Shown here piece after piece: positions 1 through 8,318 of a stretch of DNA of 27,549 nt. The notes below the pieces were generated by a model. That model was given only the letters and a program-made list of their open reading frames with translations. It was not told where the DNA came from and did not search any database. Source of the stretch: a virus (Duplodnaviria; Caudoviricetes); the IMG/VR virus record IMGVR_UViG_3300049828_000304, positions 1-27,549 of that record, one strand, 5' to 3'. Each line of letters begins with the position of its first letter. Positions within the stretch are counted from its first letter, which is position 1. A program made the translations under genes and the position numbers.

Positions 1-212
1 TGAAGTTTAGTTGCAAAATAACAGGATGCGAGTTCGAATCTATGGGGGATTGTACGTTTGCAGATTACTGTCCTAATAAAATAGAAACAGATCCCAATGT
101 ATACTGTAGAAAGCAGGATTTTATTTCCTGCAAATTCTACAATCCTGATGACAATATTTGCGATAGACTAGTAAACGATTGCGAGTTACAATCTAACTAT
201 GAATGGAGCTGA
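1..212 (+). CDS. Cys-rich small hypothetical protein, 5' end at window edge (not in ORF track)
   Basis: Frame open from nt 3 (window begins 'tg', probably a clipped ATG) to TGA 210-212: KFSCKITGCEFESMGDCTFADYCPNKIETDPNVYCRKQDFISCKFYNPDDNICDRLVNDCELQSNYEWS; 8 Cys in two similar clusters. Confidence 0.6.
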   Translation, partial: KFSCKITGCEFESMGDCTFADYCPNKIETDPNVYCRKQDFISCKFYNPDDNICDRLVNDCELQSNYEWS

Positions 213-213
213 T

Positions 214-372
214 ATGTTAGTATGGTTTACGCATTTAGGAGAAGCTCTTACTGAAGTGGAATTTAATAAAAGAGCTTCTATGAGATTAGCCGGACTGTGT
301 CCTTGGGACATGGCGTTACGATTGCAAATGTGGTATGATTTAGACTTAAGTTGTGGATTCGTTTATTTCTGA
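214..372 (+). CDS. hypothetical protein, 52 aa (not in ORF track)
   Basis: GGAG at 205-208, ATG 214, MLVWFTHLGEALTEVEFNKRASMRLAGLCPWDMALRLQMWYDLDLSCGFVYF, TGA 370-372; fills the gap between neighbouring genes. Confidence 0.6.
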   Translation: MLVWFTHLGEALTEVEFNKRASMRLAGLCPWDMALRLQMWYDLDLSCGFVYF

Positions 373-389
373 GTTAACTTTAGGACTAA
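369..389 (+). repeat. junction copy of 21-bp motif
   Basis: CTGAGTTAACTTTAGGACTAA; contains the TGA stop of 214-372 and runs into the TAAGGAG RBS of 399. Confidence 0.9.
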
Positions 390-398
390 GGAGTTTGT

Positions 399-650
399 GT
401 GGACTTAAACTACATTATTTACTGGTCTGAGTTAAGAGGTAAGACTCTGATGGGGCAAGTTAAATTGGCTAATCAGTATTTTCGTAAGTTTGACACTAGT
501 TATAAGTTTCCTATTTGCAGTAAATTTAATGCCACTAACAGGGCTATAAATAGGATACGAAATTCTGGGATAATTTATGATAGTGTATGTGAATACGTGC
601 ATTTAATTGATAGCGAAATTTCGGATATTATAAACAAAGTACTGAGTTAA
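399..650 (+). CDS. hypothetical protein, 83 aa
   Basis: TAAGGAG RBS before GTG start; compact operon context. Confidence 0.7.
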   Translation: MDLNYIIYWSELRGKTLMGQVKLANQYFRKFDTSYKFPICSKFNATNRAINRIRNSGIIYDSVCEYVHLIDSEISDIINKVLS

Positions 651-662
651 CTTTAGAGCTAA
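642..662 (+). repeat. junction copy of 21-bp motif
   Basis: CTGAGTTAACTTTAGAGCTAA; contains the TAA stop of 399-650 and runs into the TAAGGAG RBS of 673. Confidence 0.9.
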
Positions 663-672
663 GGAGTAGGGT

Positions 673-1188
673 ATGGTCGTATCGGATAACGCAAAGTTGT
701 ATGAGTATGCACGAGTGTATGGCTATGCACAAGTGTCTGGCGATGCACAAGTGTCTGGCGATGCACAAGTGTCTGGCGATGCACAAGTGTCTGGCCATGC
801 ACAAGTGTATGGCTATGCAAAAGTGTATGGAGATGCAAAAGTGTATGGAGATGCAAAAGTGTATGGAGATGCAAAAGTGTATGGCGATGCACAAGTGTAT
901 GGCGATGCACAAGTGTATGGCTATGCAAGGGTGTCTGGCTATGCCTGCATAGGAAAAGGAGGGATAGTAGAAAAAACTACCGACTACCTGACTATAGGGC
1001 CGATTGGGTCAAGAAAATTTTATACTACCTTCTATAAGACAGAATCAGGTATATCTGTCTGTTGTGGGTGTTTCAACAATACAATTGAAAAATTTTACGA
1101 AAGAGTGACTGTAGTCTACCCCAGTGGATTGCATAACACACAATATCTAGGGGCTATATTGTTAGCAAAGGGAGTCTTATGCTTATAA
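673..1188 (+). CDS. phage hexapeptide-repeat (left-handed beta-helix-like) protein
   Basis: (V[YS]G[DY]A[QK])n repeats followed by a GPIGSR..TTFY...CGCF..TIEKF C-terminal domain typical of this common phage family; strong RBS. Confidence 0.8.
   Translation: MVVSDNAKLYEYARVYGYAQVSGDAQVSGDAQVSGDAQVSGHAQVYGYAKVYGDAKVYGDAKVYGDAKVYGDAQVYGDAQVYGYARVSGYACIGKGGIVEKTTDYLTIGPIGSRKFYTTFYKTESGISVCCGCFNNTIEKFYERVTVVYPSGLHNTQYLGAILLAKGVLCL
715..948 (+). repeat. 18-bp coding tandem repeat, 13 units
   Basis: Unit approximately GTGT(A/C)TGG(C/A)(G/T/C)ATGCA(C/A)AA, with identical runs (3x VSGDAQ, 3x VYGDAK, 2x VYGDAQ); two more degenerate units at 679-714. Confidence 0.95.
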
Positions 1189-1415
1189 AAACAACTAATA
1201 TTGTTGCAGGGTGTCACAACAAATGTAAGTCATCTTTAGTTTTACCACTAGCTGCGAAGGGAATAATTAGAGTTAGAAATGGGGATGACAAAGTCATAGT
1301 ACAAGCATCATCAGAAGATATTTTAAAAAACGATTGGAATGGAACCTGTGTCGTACTTGGAATTACGACTAAAGTTGACTCAGATAGCAACATTAAACTT
1401 AAACTGGTGAGGTAA
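1179..1415 (+). CDS. hypothetical protein, 78 aa
   Basis: AAGGGAG RBS, overlaps the upstream stop. Confidence 0.65.
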   Translation: MLIKTTNIVAGCHNKCKSSLVLPLAAKGIIRVRNGDDKVIVQASSEDILKNDWNGTCVVLGITTKVDSDSNIKLKLVR

Positions 1416-1418
1416 ACA

Positions 1419-1712
1419 ATGAAAGATTTTATTAACATTGGTAGCAGTCCAAGTGCAGAAGATTGCGTTCAACTAGGTACGGAAAATTACTCGCAAATAG
1501 CAAGAACAGAATGTAATAGATTAATAGCGTTATTGCGTAGAATACATGGTGATGAGCCAGAGGGCGCCAGTTTGAGAATAATGGGATTTAACCACGATTT
1601 TGGCAGATACTATGAGGTAGTCTGTCATTACGACACAGAAAAGCCAGAGAGTGAAGAGTACGCATTCAAATGCGAGAATTTACCAGATACTTGGGAGCCG
1701 GAAGTATGCTGA
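1419..1712 (+). CDS. hypothetical phage protein, 97 aa
   Basis: GAGGT RBS, protein-like composition, operon context. Confidence 0.75.
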   Translation: MKDFINIGSSPSAEDCVQLGTENYSQIARTECNRLIALLRRIHGDEPEGASLRIMGFNHDFGRYYEVVCHYDTEKPESEEYAFKCENLPDTWEPEVC

Positions 1713-4345
1713 AAACCGAAGCGGTAAAAAAATTCCTGCTTACAACAGGCAACAGACACCTAACCGATCTATACGAACCTTGCATGGAATTGCAAGTAAA
1801 TGTAGGTCAAGATGGTGGAACTCGAACAGGCGGAGTATACAATGGAGTGCATTGGTCAGGGTGGACAGACGGCACGAGTACATGGAAATCATTTCGTGTA
1901 CCGTGGGGAGCAGGGAACACGGAGTCAGTTAGCTATACTGACTCAGCCCTTAATTGGAATCTAGAAGACCATGCCGAGGGTATAGGTATGACTGGGTGGG
2001 ATTATGTTAATAGACAATCCCATTGGGTTGGATTCGATTTTGATTCTATAGCTAACCACAAGGTGGGGCTAAGTGTGGAAGAGCTAGAATCTATACGACT
2101 GCAAGTGACTCAGATTCCATGGGTAACACTTGTTAAGTCTACAAGTGGAAAGGGATTGCATATCTATGTACACCTTGACAATGCTGTTGGTATAGGTAAC
2201 CACGGTGAGCATGCCGCTCTAAGTAAGAGTATACTATGTCTGTTATCGCAGGAAACTGGATACAACTTCCAGGCCTCAGTAGATACATGTGGCGGTATTC
2301 TATGGGTATACCACAGAAAACAGGAGGGTACAGACGGTTTAGCTCTGCTAAAGCAAGGAGAGAAACTGAGTAAACTTCCGTCCAATTGGCGGGATTACAT
2401 CGAGGTAGCTCAGGGAAAGAAAAGGAAACTGAGTTACTCTAAGGAGTTTGAAACTCTAATACAGGGTATGAAACAACAAGAGTTAGATGCAGACCACAAG
2501 AGATTGCTTAAGTGGTTCTGCACATCGGCTGACAGGAGTAACTGGTGGGACAGTGAAAACAATATGCTAGTGTGCCACACATTAGACCTAGCCAAGGCTC
2601 ATAAGGAATTAAAACTTATGGGGTTCTTTGCAACTTCATCATCGGGTTCTAGCGACCAAAACTGTTTTTGTTTCCCGTCCCACGGCGGTTCTTGGATGGT
2701 ACGTAGGCACTCTTTAGGGGTTAAGGAACACCAGTCATGGGTGAGTGATCCGTCAGGGTGGACTAGGAGCGGTTTTAACGCCGTTCCAGAGTTTGAGTCA
2801 GCGGCTAAGAATTGCAAGGGCATCGAAAATATTAAAGGAGATTTCGTATTTTCTCAAGCTAGCGACGCCTTTGCCGCTTTATTAGCCCTGGGATTAACTC
2901 AGGTTTCGTGCCCCGAAGGATATGAGTCTAGACCTACTACTGTTGGTAGAAAGATAGAAAGGATACTAGTCAGACTAATGGCCTTTCCAAATGATAAGCC
3001 TCCAGAGGGGTACTTACTGAGTAAAAAAGAGGATCATTGGGAGGCAGTATTCACTCTGCCTCAAGTTAGGCGTGAGGTATACACCCCTGATAATCTTATA
3101 AGGCATATAATATGTAATAGTGCCGAGGCAGGTTGGTATATTCACGCTAGAGAGCGTTGGATAGAAGAAAATAGGCAAAACATCGTTACTGTTCTAAACG
3201 CTCAGGATAGTAAAAATGCACAGGAAATGATGTCTAAGTGTATCTTAAGTCCTTGGGAGATAGTAAACATTCCTTTTGAGAGCGAGTACCCAGGAAATAG
3301 GCAGTGGAATAAAGATTCCGCTAAGTTGGCTAAAAAGCCAGAGGAGGGTAACTTTTCTACTTGGATTGACTTACTATCACACATTGGGGCTAATCTTAAC
3401 TCAGATATTATAAAAGATAGGTGGTGCATAGGCAATGGAGTACGGGATGGCGGAGATTACTTACTCTTATGGGTTGCTAACATGTTTATGCGACCCTACG
3501 AACCGCTACCGTATCTATTCTTAACAGGGGAGCAAAACAGTGGTAAGAGTACGTTTCACGAAGCTCTGGAATTATTATTTCTAGACCGTAGGGGGTATGC
3601 TAGAGCGGACTTAGCTGTAGTTGAAAAATTTAATTCTCAGTTAGCAGGAGCAGTATTAGCAGTAATTGAGGAAACTGATTTAAGAAAAAATAAGGAGGCG
3701 TATAGCAAGATTAAGGATTGGGTTACTAGTAGGACAATAAGCATCAATACCAAATTCGTAAGTGTGTATGATGTTAAGAACACTCTTCACTTCATTCACT
3801 GCACTAACGACAGTAACTTTTGTCCTGTATTTCCTGGGGATACTAGGATAACAGCAATCTATGTAAATAGTATACCTGCTAGTAAAGAGATACCTAAGTT
3901 AAAGCTGTTGGAGAAACTAAATTCTGAGTCAGCCGCATTCCTACACCACATTCTTAATTTAGAATTGCCAGAGAGCGAAGGGCGTTTGAGCATACCTTGC
4001 ATTCATACAGATATTAAGTCTGAGATACAGCAAGGTAATATGACTGATTTAGAATTATTTATTGACGAGAAATGTTATGTAGTTAGAGGTAAGCAGTTGA
4101 ATTGGGACGAGTTCTATTGGGCTTTCATAGAATGGTTGCCGAGTGATAAAAAAGGGGCTTGGAGTACTAATAGAGCGGCTAGGGCTTTTCCTAAAAGAGT
4201 ACCGCTGTGCAAGGGTAAGATAGGCAGTGACAATATTACTGTTATTGGAAATCTGAGCCTAACGCAGGCAGTAGATGAACCGTATGAGTTATTTACAGAT
4301 GACAAAAACAGAATAGGAAGGAGAATGTATGCAAGCAGTAATTGA
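1706..4345 (+). CDS. primase-helicase fusion (AEP/prim-pol-like N-terminus + SF3/DUF5906-like helicase)
   Basis: WVGFDFD (DxD) and STSGKGLHIY AEP motifs; Walker A GEQNSGKST, Walker B AVIEE, motif C HCTN. Start moved from 1670 to ATG 1706 (GGGAG RBS, overlaps upstream stop). Confidence 0.85.
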   Translation: MLKTEAVKKFLLTTGNRHLTDLYEPCMELQVNVGQDGGTRTGGVYNGVHWSGWTDGTSTWKSFRVPWGAGNTESVSYTDSALNWNLEDHAEGIGMTGWDYVNRQSHWVGFDFDSIANHKVGLSVEELESIRLQVTQIPWVTLVKSTSGKGLHIYVHLDNAVGIGNHGEHAALSKSILCLLSQETGYNFQASVDTCGGILWVYHRKQEGTDGLALLKQGEKLSKLPSNWRDYIEVAQGKKRKLSYSKEFETLIQGMKQQELDADHKRLLKWFCTSADRSNWWDSENNMLVCHTLDLAKAHKELKLMGFFATSSSGSSDQNCFCFPSHGGSWMVRRHSLGVKEHQSWVSDPSGWTRSGFNAVPEFESAAKNCKGIENIKGDFVFSQASDAFAALLALGLTQVSCPEGYESRPTTVGRKIERILVRLMAFPNDKPPEGYLLSKKEDHWEAVFTLPQVRREVYTPDNLIRHIICNSAEAGWYIHARERWIEENRQNIVTVLNAQDSKNAQEMMSKCILSPWEIVNIPFESEYPGNRQWNKDSAKLAKKPEEGNFSTWIDLLSHIGANLNSDIIKDRWCIGNGVRDGGDYLLLWVANMFMRPYEPLPYLFLTGEQNSGKSTFHEALELLFLDRRGYARADLAVVEKFNSQLAGAVLAVIEETDLRKNKEAYSKIKDWVTSRTISINTKFVSVYDVKNTLHFIHCTNDSNFCPVFPGDTRITAIYVNSIPASKEIPKLKLLEKLNSESAAFLHHILNLELPESEGRLSIPCIHTDIKSEIQQGNMTDLELFIDEKCYVVRGKQLNWDEFYWAFIEWLPSDKKGAWSTNRAARAFPKRVPLCKGKIGSDNITVIGNLSLTQAVDEPYELFTDDKNRIGRRMYASSN

Positions 4346-4877
4346 CGTAGAAACAACCGGTCTAGTAAGGGGCGTAAATGAAATTATCGAAATTGCAGTT
4401 TTGCAATTTGACGATAACTTTGAGCTGACAGGAAATATATTTCATAGTTTGGTGAAACCTAATACTATGCCTACAGCCGAGGTTACGAAAATAAACAACA
4501 TAGGAATACCTGAGTTAACATTAGCCCCAACAGCATCGCAAGTTAGAAAGAGATTCGTAGAGTGGAAACTGGAAGTATTTGGGGAAGAGAGTATAGTTCC
4601 ACTTGGGCACAACTACGGATTCGATAAGGGATTCTTAGAGAATTTTTTCAAAGACTTGTACTTAGACCTGTTTCACTACCGAAATAGGGATAGTCAGCAG
4701 GCCGCAATATTTCTTAGAGATTGCGGAGTATTGACTGCTAGGTCTACTGGACTGGAAGCGTTAGCTGAACATTTTTCCTTGAAGAGTAAAGGGGATCTTC
4801 ATAGGGCGGTAAGTGACGCGGAAATGACGTTAGAGGTGTACAAAGAATTAATACTTTTACAAAAGGAGATCGTATGA
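4329..4877 (+). CDS. DEDDh 3'-5' exonuclease (DnaQ/epsilon-like)
   Basis: ExoI IDVETTG, ExoII HNYGFD, ExoIII HRAVSDA. Confidence 0.92.
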   Translation: MQAVIDVETTGLVRGVNEIIEIAVLQFDDNFELTGNIFHSLVKPNTMPTAEVTKINNIGIPELTLAPTASQVRKRFVEWKLEVFGEESIVPLGHNYGFDKGFLENFFKDLYLDLFHYRNRDSQQAAIFLRDCGVLTARSTGLEALAEHFSLKSKGDLHRAVSDAEMTLEVYKELILLQKEIV

Positions 4878-5107
4878 ACGAGGCAGGTTTGACAGTTAAA
4901 AAGAATACTTACAGTGCGGAAATTGAAAAGGCGCTTAAGCTGGAAGAGAATTTAAACAACCAATTAAGAGATGTACAGAATACAGTTATGAGATTGCAAG
5001 GTGCGATACTTGCAATAGATTCGATTATCGAAGATGATAAGAAAACAGAAAAGGCTAAAGATGAATTAGTAACACTTAATGCAGATATAGAAAAGGAATT
5101 GTCGTAA
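4874..5107 (+). CDS. small coiled-coil hypothetical protein
   Basis: AAGGAG RBS, ATGA overlap, heptad-like L/E/K/Q pattern. Confidence 0.75.
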   Translation: MNEAGLTVKKNTYSAEIEKALKLEENLNNQLRDVQNTVMRLQGAILAIDSIIEDDKKTEKAKDELVTLNADIEKELS

Positions 5108-5114
5108 CACCTAC

Positions 5115-5157
5115 ACTCAGGTCACAGCAATGTGGCCTGAGTTAACTTTAGGACTAA
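5115..5157 (+). promoter_or_regulatory. 12-bp stem GCAA-tetraloop hairpin fused to a motif copy
   Basis: ACTCAGGTCACA-GCAA-TGTGGCCTGAGT (5115-5142, one G-U pair); the right arm overlaps motif copy 5137-5157. Confidence 0.6.
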
Positions 5158-5159
5158 AC

Positions 5160-5200
5160 AAAAAGGCCAGTAGCATTAATTTGCTACTGGCCTTTTTTTT
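5160..5200. terminator. bidirectional rho-independent terminator
   Basis: AAAAA-GGCCAGTAGCA-TTAATT-TGCTACTGGCC-TTTTTTTT between convergent operons. Confidence 0.92.
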
Positions 5201-7355
5201 AGTTAAAGTGTAAGAATGAGTAAACTATACCATTACCAGTACGTTCCGCCATTGCGTGACCTACCTCACGGAAATGTATTGTATCAACTGGCACTGTAGA
5301 TAAACCCTCCACAGTCCCGGCAGTGGTACTGCCTGTTACGAGTACTTGACCTCTGGAAACATTTCCATATGAATTTACATAAGAATAACCAGTAATCCGT
5401 ACACGCACATACTCACCCGCAGATGCCGCATTTTGAGCCACACCTACCGGCATTGATTGGCCATCTCCACTTGTTGGGCAAGCCCGTACACGATAGTTTG
5501 CACTTGTGCCAAGAGCTGTAACAATGTCATACTGGTTTATTGTTCCGTCAGCTGTTAATGTAAGATCGTTTCCGTAAGTGCTTATTTGATCGTAATGATC
5601 AGCAGTAGTAGAGTACGTTGTTCTAATTAATACACCAGCATTACTTGCTGATATTTCTGTTATTGGATACCCGTCACTCGCTCGCAAGCTTATTGATGGC
5701 GTTGCCGATGTACTTGTACCTGTGATATCAATACCTGATTGCGATATAGATATAACTGGAGACGTTGCTACAGTTAAACTGCTTATAGTTAAACCACTAT
5801 AACTAAGCGTTAAATTTGGCGTATTATCACTTGACATCAATGTAATAATTGGAGTTGTTGAATTGCTCGTAGATTTTAAAGTTAAATCACCATTACCATA
5901 TAGTTTAAGTGTTGAACTGCTCCAATTACTTACTCTTAATAGCGGGTCTGTATCTGCAAGTATAGTGCCATTTATACCAGATAAAATACTAACTCCAGTA
6001 TTGCCCGTACCAGTAGCCAAATCATTAGTAGTAAGTGATCCAGTAGCATCAATAGAAAATGATGTATATGGCCCTGTACCTATATTCAAACTTATACTTG
6101 CAGTTGGAGAACTTGACGCATTAGAATACAAATTTAATTCTGGCCCACCAGAGGTGGCAATATTGTCTACCCGCAGTAAATCAGAAGAAAAATTAAATGC
6201 TCCATCGCTACCAATTGTCAACCTGTCTGTAGGAGTAAAACTACCTGATTTTGTTGTTGAGAATATTAATGATCCAGGTGTGCTACTTCCCGAGGCTGTC
6301 GCTGTTGTTTTTGATTGTATACGGGCAATAGTACGTTGCATATCAGTACCATTAGCGGCACAAAATTCTATCATTCCAACCGCGTCACCAGATTGTACAG
6401 CTCCATTTCCGCCTACGCTTCCACTCGAAGATGCACCTAAATACAATGCAGATGGGAATCCGTTTGAATCGTTATTTATAACGCCTATTGACGCATATCC
6501 TATTTGAGTTCCCTCGACGTGCAATGATGACCCATATGATGTAGTAGCGTCTCCGCCCATATATCTACGTGCTGAAGCGGTGCCAACATATGTCGTGCCA
6601 TCTCCATCAATCCCAAATCTACGAACACTGTTATTAAAAATAGAGTATATCTTGCTTGCATTACCAATACTGGTCTTACTGCCTACGCTCTGCATGGCAA
6701 CATTTATTGCCAAACCTGAGTCACCTGTAGTGCTAGTATTGTAGTAGTCATGAGTTACAGTACCGTTAGCAATATTTTTAGTGTGTCCTAGTGATTGCAT
6801 TAAGAAAGATTCGTTCCTAATAAGGCCGAAGGCCGTTCGTTCGTTTGCAGTACGTGTTCCAGATTCCAAAGCTATAGAGGTAAAACCTGATGTATCTGGA
6901 CTAACAATACTAATAGGTGCTAGCGGCACCGTAGCGGTTGTGCCACTATCCCAGATAGAGTTAGCCCTTACCTTGCTGTCCCCATTTATCTCCAGAGGGA
7001 ATGAAGGATTGCTCATTCCGAAACCTAGACCTAGACCTGAATTTGTAAAATAGGCTCTAGCGACTCCTGCGGGGGAAATGCTTAGACTCGTTGCTCCTAT
7101 ACTGATCTGTGCTGTGCCAGACTGGGATTTAATTTTTTCTATGTACAAATCTTTAAACCAGTTGTCTTCGTAAATCCAAGCACTACCATTCCAGTATTTT
7201 TGATTGGCAGTTACGTGTAAACGAGGCGTACCCTGGCTATCTTTGTAGCACCAATTTCTACTTCCATCGGTATCTATGCCTCTCATTTGCGCTTCAAGAT
7301 TAGCAATCAAATTTGACATAGTATCAACTTTACTGTAAATTTTCTTGTCAGCCAT
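5199..7355 (-). CDS. tail fibre / receptor-binding protein, 718 aa
   Basis: Last gene of the tail operon; Gly/Ser/Thr-rich beta-repeat shaft (RLTIGSDG, RFGIDGDG, PGSLIFST); C-terminal GVAQNAASAGEYVRVRITG domain. Confidence 0.75.
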   Translation of the reverse strand: MADKKIYSKVDTMSNLIANLEAQMRGIDTDGSRNWCYKDSQGTPRLHVTANQKYWNGSAWIYEDNWFKDLYIEKIKSQSGTAQISIGATSLSISPAGVARAYFTNSGLGLGFGMSNPSFPLEINGDSKVRANSIWDSGTTATVPLAPISIVSPDTSGFTSIALESGTRTANERTAFGLIRNESFLMQSLGHTKNIANGTVTHDYYNTSTTGDSGLAINVAMQSVGSKTSIGNASKIYSIFNNSVRRFGIDGDGTTYVGTASARRYMGGDATTSYGSSLHVEGTQIGYASIGVINNDSNGFPSALYLGASSSGSVGGNGAVQSGDAVGMIEFCAANGTDMQRTIARIQSKTTATASGSSTPGSLIFSTTKSGSFTPTDRLTIGSDGAFNFSSDLLRVDNIATSGGPELNLYSNASSSPTASISLNIGTGPYTSFSIDATGSLTTNDLATGTGNTGVSILSGINGTILADTDPLLRVSNWSSSTLKLYGNGDLTLKSTSNSTTPIITLMSSDNTPNLTLSYSGLTISSLTVATSPVISISQSGIDITGTSTSATPSISLRASDGYPITEISASNAGVLIRTTYSTTADHYDQISTYGNDLTLTADGTINQYDIVTALGTSANYRVRACPTSGDGQSMPVGVAQNAASAGEYVRVRITGYSYVNSYGNVSRGQVLVTGSTTAGTVEGLSTVPVDTIHFREVGHAMAERTGNGIVYSFLHFN

Positions 7356-8318
7356 TTAACTTACCTCCTGCACGGTATCCGTGCCAGTTGTTACTTCCTG
7401 CCAGTCACCCGACGGATTACTGGAATATTCTTCATAAATATCGCCCTCAATCTCATCACCACGAAATTCCAATAACTTAAGGGTAGTAGTCATTCGTGAT
7501 ACTGATACCTTTTTCCCTACCACTAGGTAAGTGTTACCAGATGTGTGCCTTACCGTATTGGAGTCAATATCTACCCAATCTCCAATATTCCTAACATACT
7601 CTGTTATGGGTAGTGTAATAGTAAGAGTTCTTCTTGGCCGAGCGTAATAAAGGGCTATATTTCTAGCCAATATACGACCGTATGTTACATCTATGATATA
7701 CTTCAGTTTCAGATTAACTTGTTTCTTTAGCCCTACTGTTAACTCAGGCTCTGCTACATATGAACTAGATATAAAATAAGCATTCTCCTTAGCAGGATTT
7801 TCAAAGGCTTGAAAATAAACATCTGTCACAACGTTATTCAGTGAACTTATTTCTTCACCCCAATCTGTACGACCATTAGAAAGTACCAAATCTGAGTCAA
7901 GATAAGTCCTGATAGATGCCTGAGGGAAAGAATCTGTTAGCCTAAGACTTCCACTTGGGGACTCTGATAGTATTATACCAGTCTGCAAGCAAATATTATT
8001 TATAATATCTCTGTATAGTAACTCCTTTTTCTCACATACTCTTATAGACCAGGAAGCTCTGGATACTTGCATACTGGCAAAACTACCAGTATCAATATTA
8101 GTATATCCTAAACCACGTCTAAGTAAGTCCTCTATTATCTGCACTGGTGAGGTAAGGGTAGCGCCTTCAACGGCTGAGGCCATGCCCGCAGGGGCTAACC
8201 TACCCTTACCAGTAAAAAATACAGCTGTGCCTGAGCTAGAATCTATTGTGAAATCTATTAGAAATTCAGGATTCTGCAAATAGGCAAAGCTACCACTATA
8301 ACTGTTATAATCAGCCAT
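7356..8318 (-). CDS. tail tip / baseplate-hub-like protein, 320 aa
   Basis: Position after TMP/Dit; SPVQIIEDLL, IINNICLQT and IGDWVDID patterns typical of hub proteins; AAGGAG RBS. Confidence 0.6.
   Translation of the reverse strand: MADYNSYSGSFAYLQNPEFLIDFTIDSSSGTAVFFTGKGRLAPAGMASAVEGATLTSPVQIIEDLLRRGLGYTNIDTGSFASMQVSRASWSIRVCEKKELLYRDIINNICLQTGIILSESPSGSLRLTDSFPQASIRTYLDSDLVLSNGRTDWGEEISSLNNVVTDVYFQAFENPAKENAYFISSSYVAEPELTVGLKKQVNLKLKYIIDVTYGRILARNIALYYARPRRTLTITLPITEYVRNIGDWVDIDSNTVRHTSGNTYLVVGKKVSVSRMTTTLKLLEFRGDEIEGDIYEEYSSNPSGDWQEVTTGTDTVQEVS

Noticed and set aside
25-50. tRNA T-loop-like GTTCGAATC
   Set aside because: Flanks do not pair, no cloverleaf, and it lies inside a Cys-rich ORF.
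628-952. ORFs 628-912(-), 659-928(-) and 701-952(+) with Cys/His/Met repeats
   Set aside because: Shadow frames of the stop-free 18-bp repeat; only 673-1188 has a strong RBS and a sensible C-terminal domain.
5863-6507. 214-aa + strand ORF
   Set aside because: Antisense shadow of the tail fibre gene; no RBS or recognisable motif.
5199-7355. Diversity-generating retroelement target in the tail fibre
   Set aside because: No reverse transcriptase and no template/variable repeat pair seen in the window.
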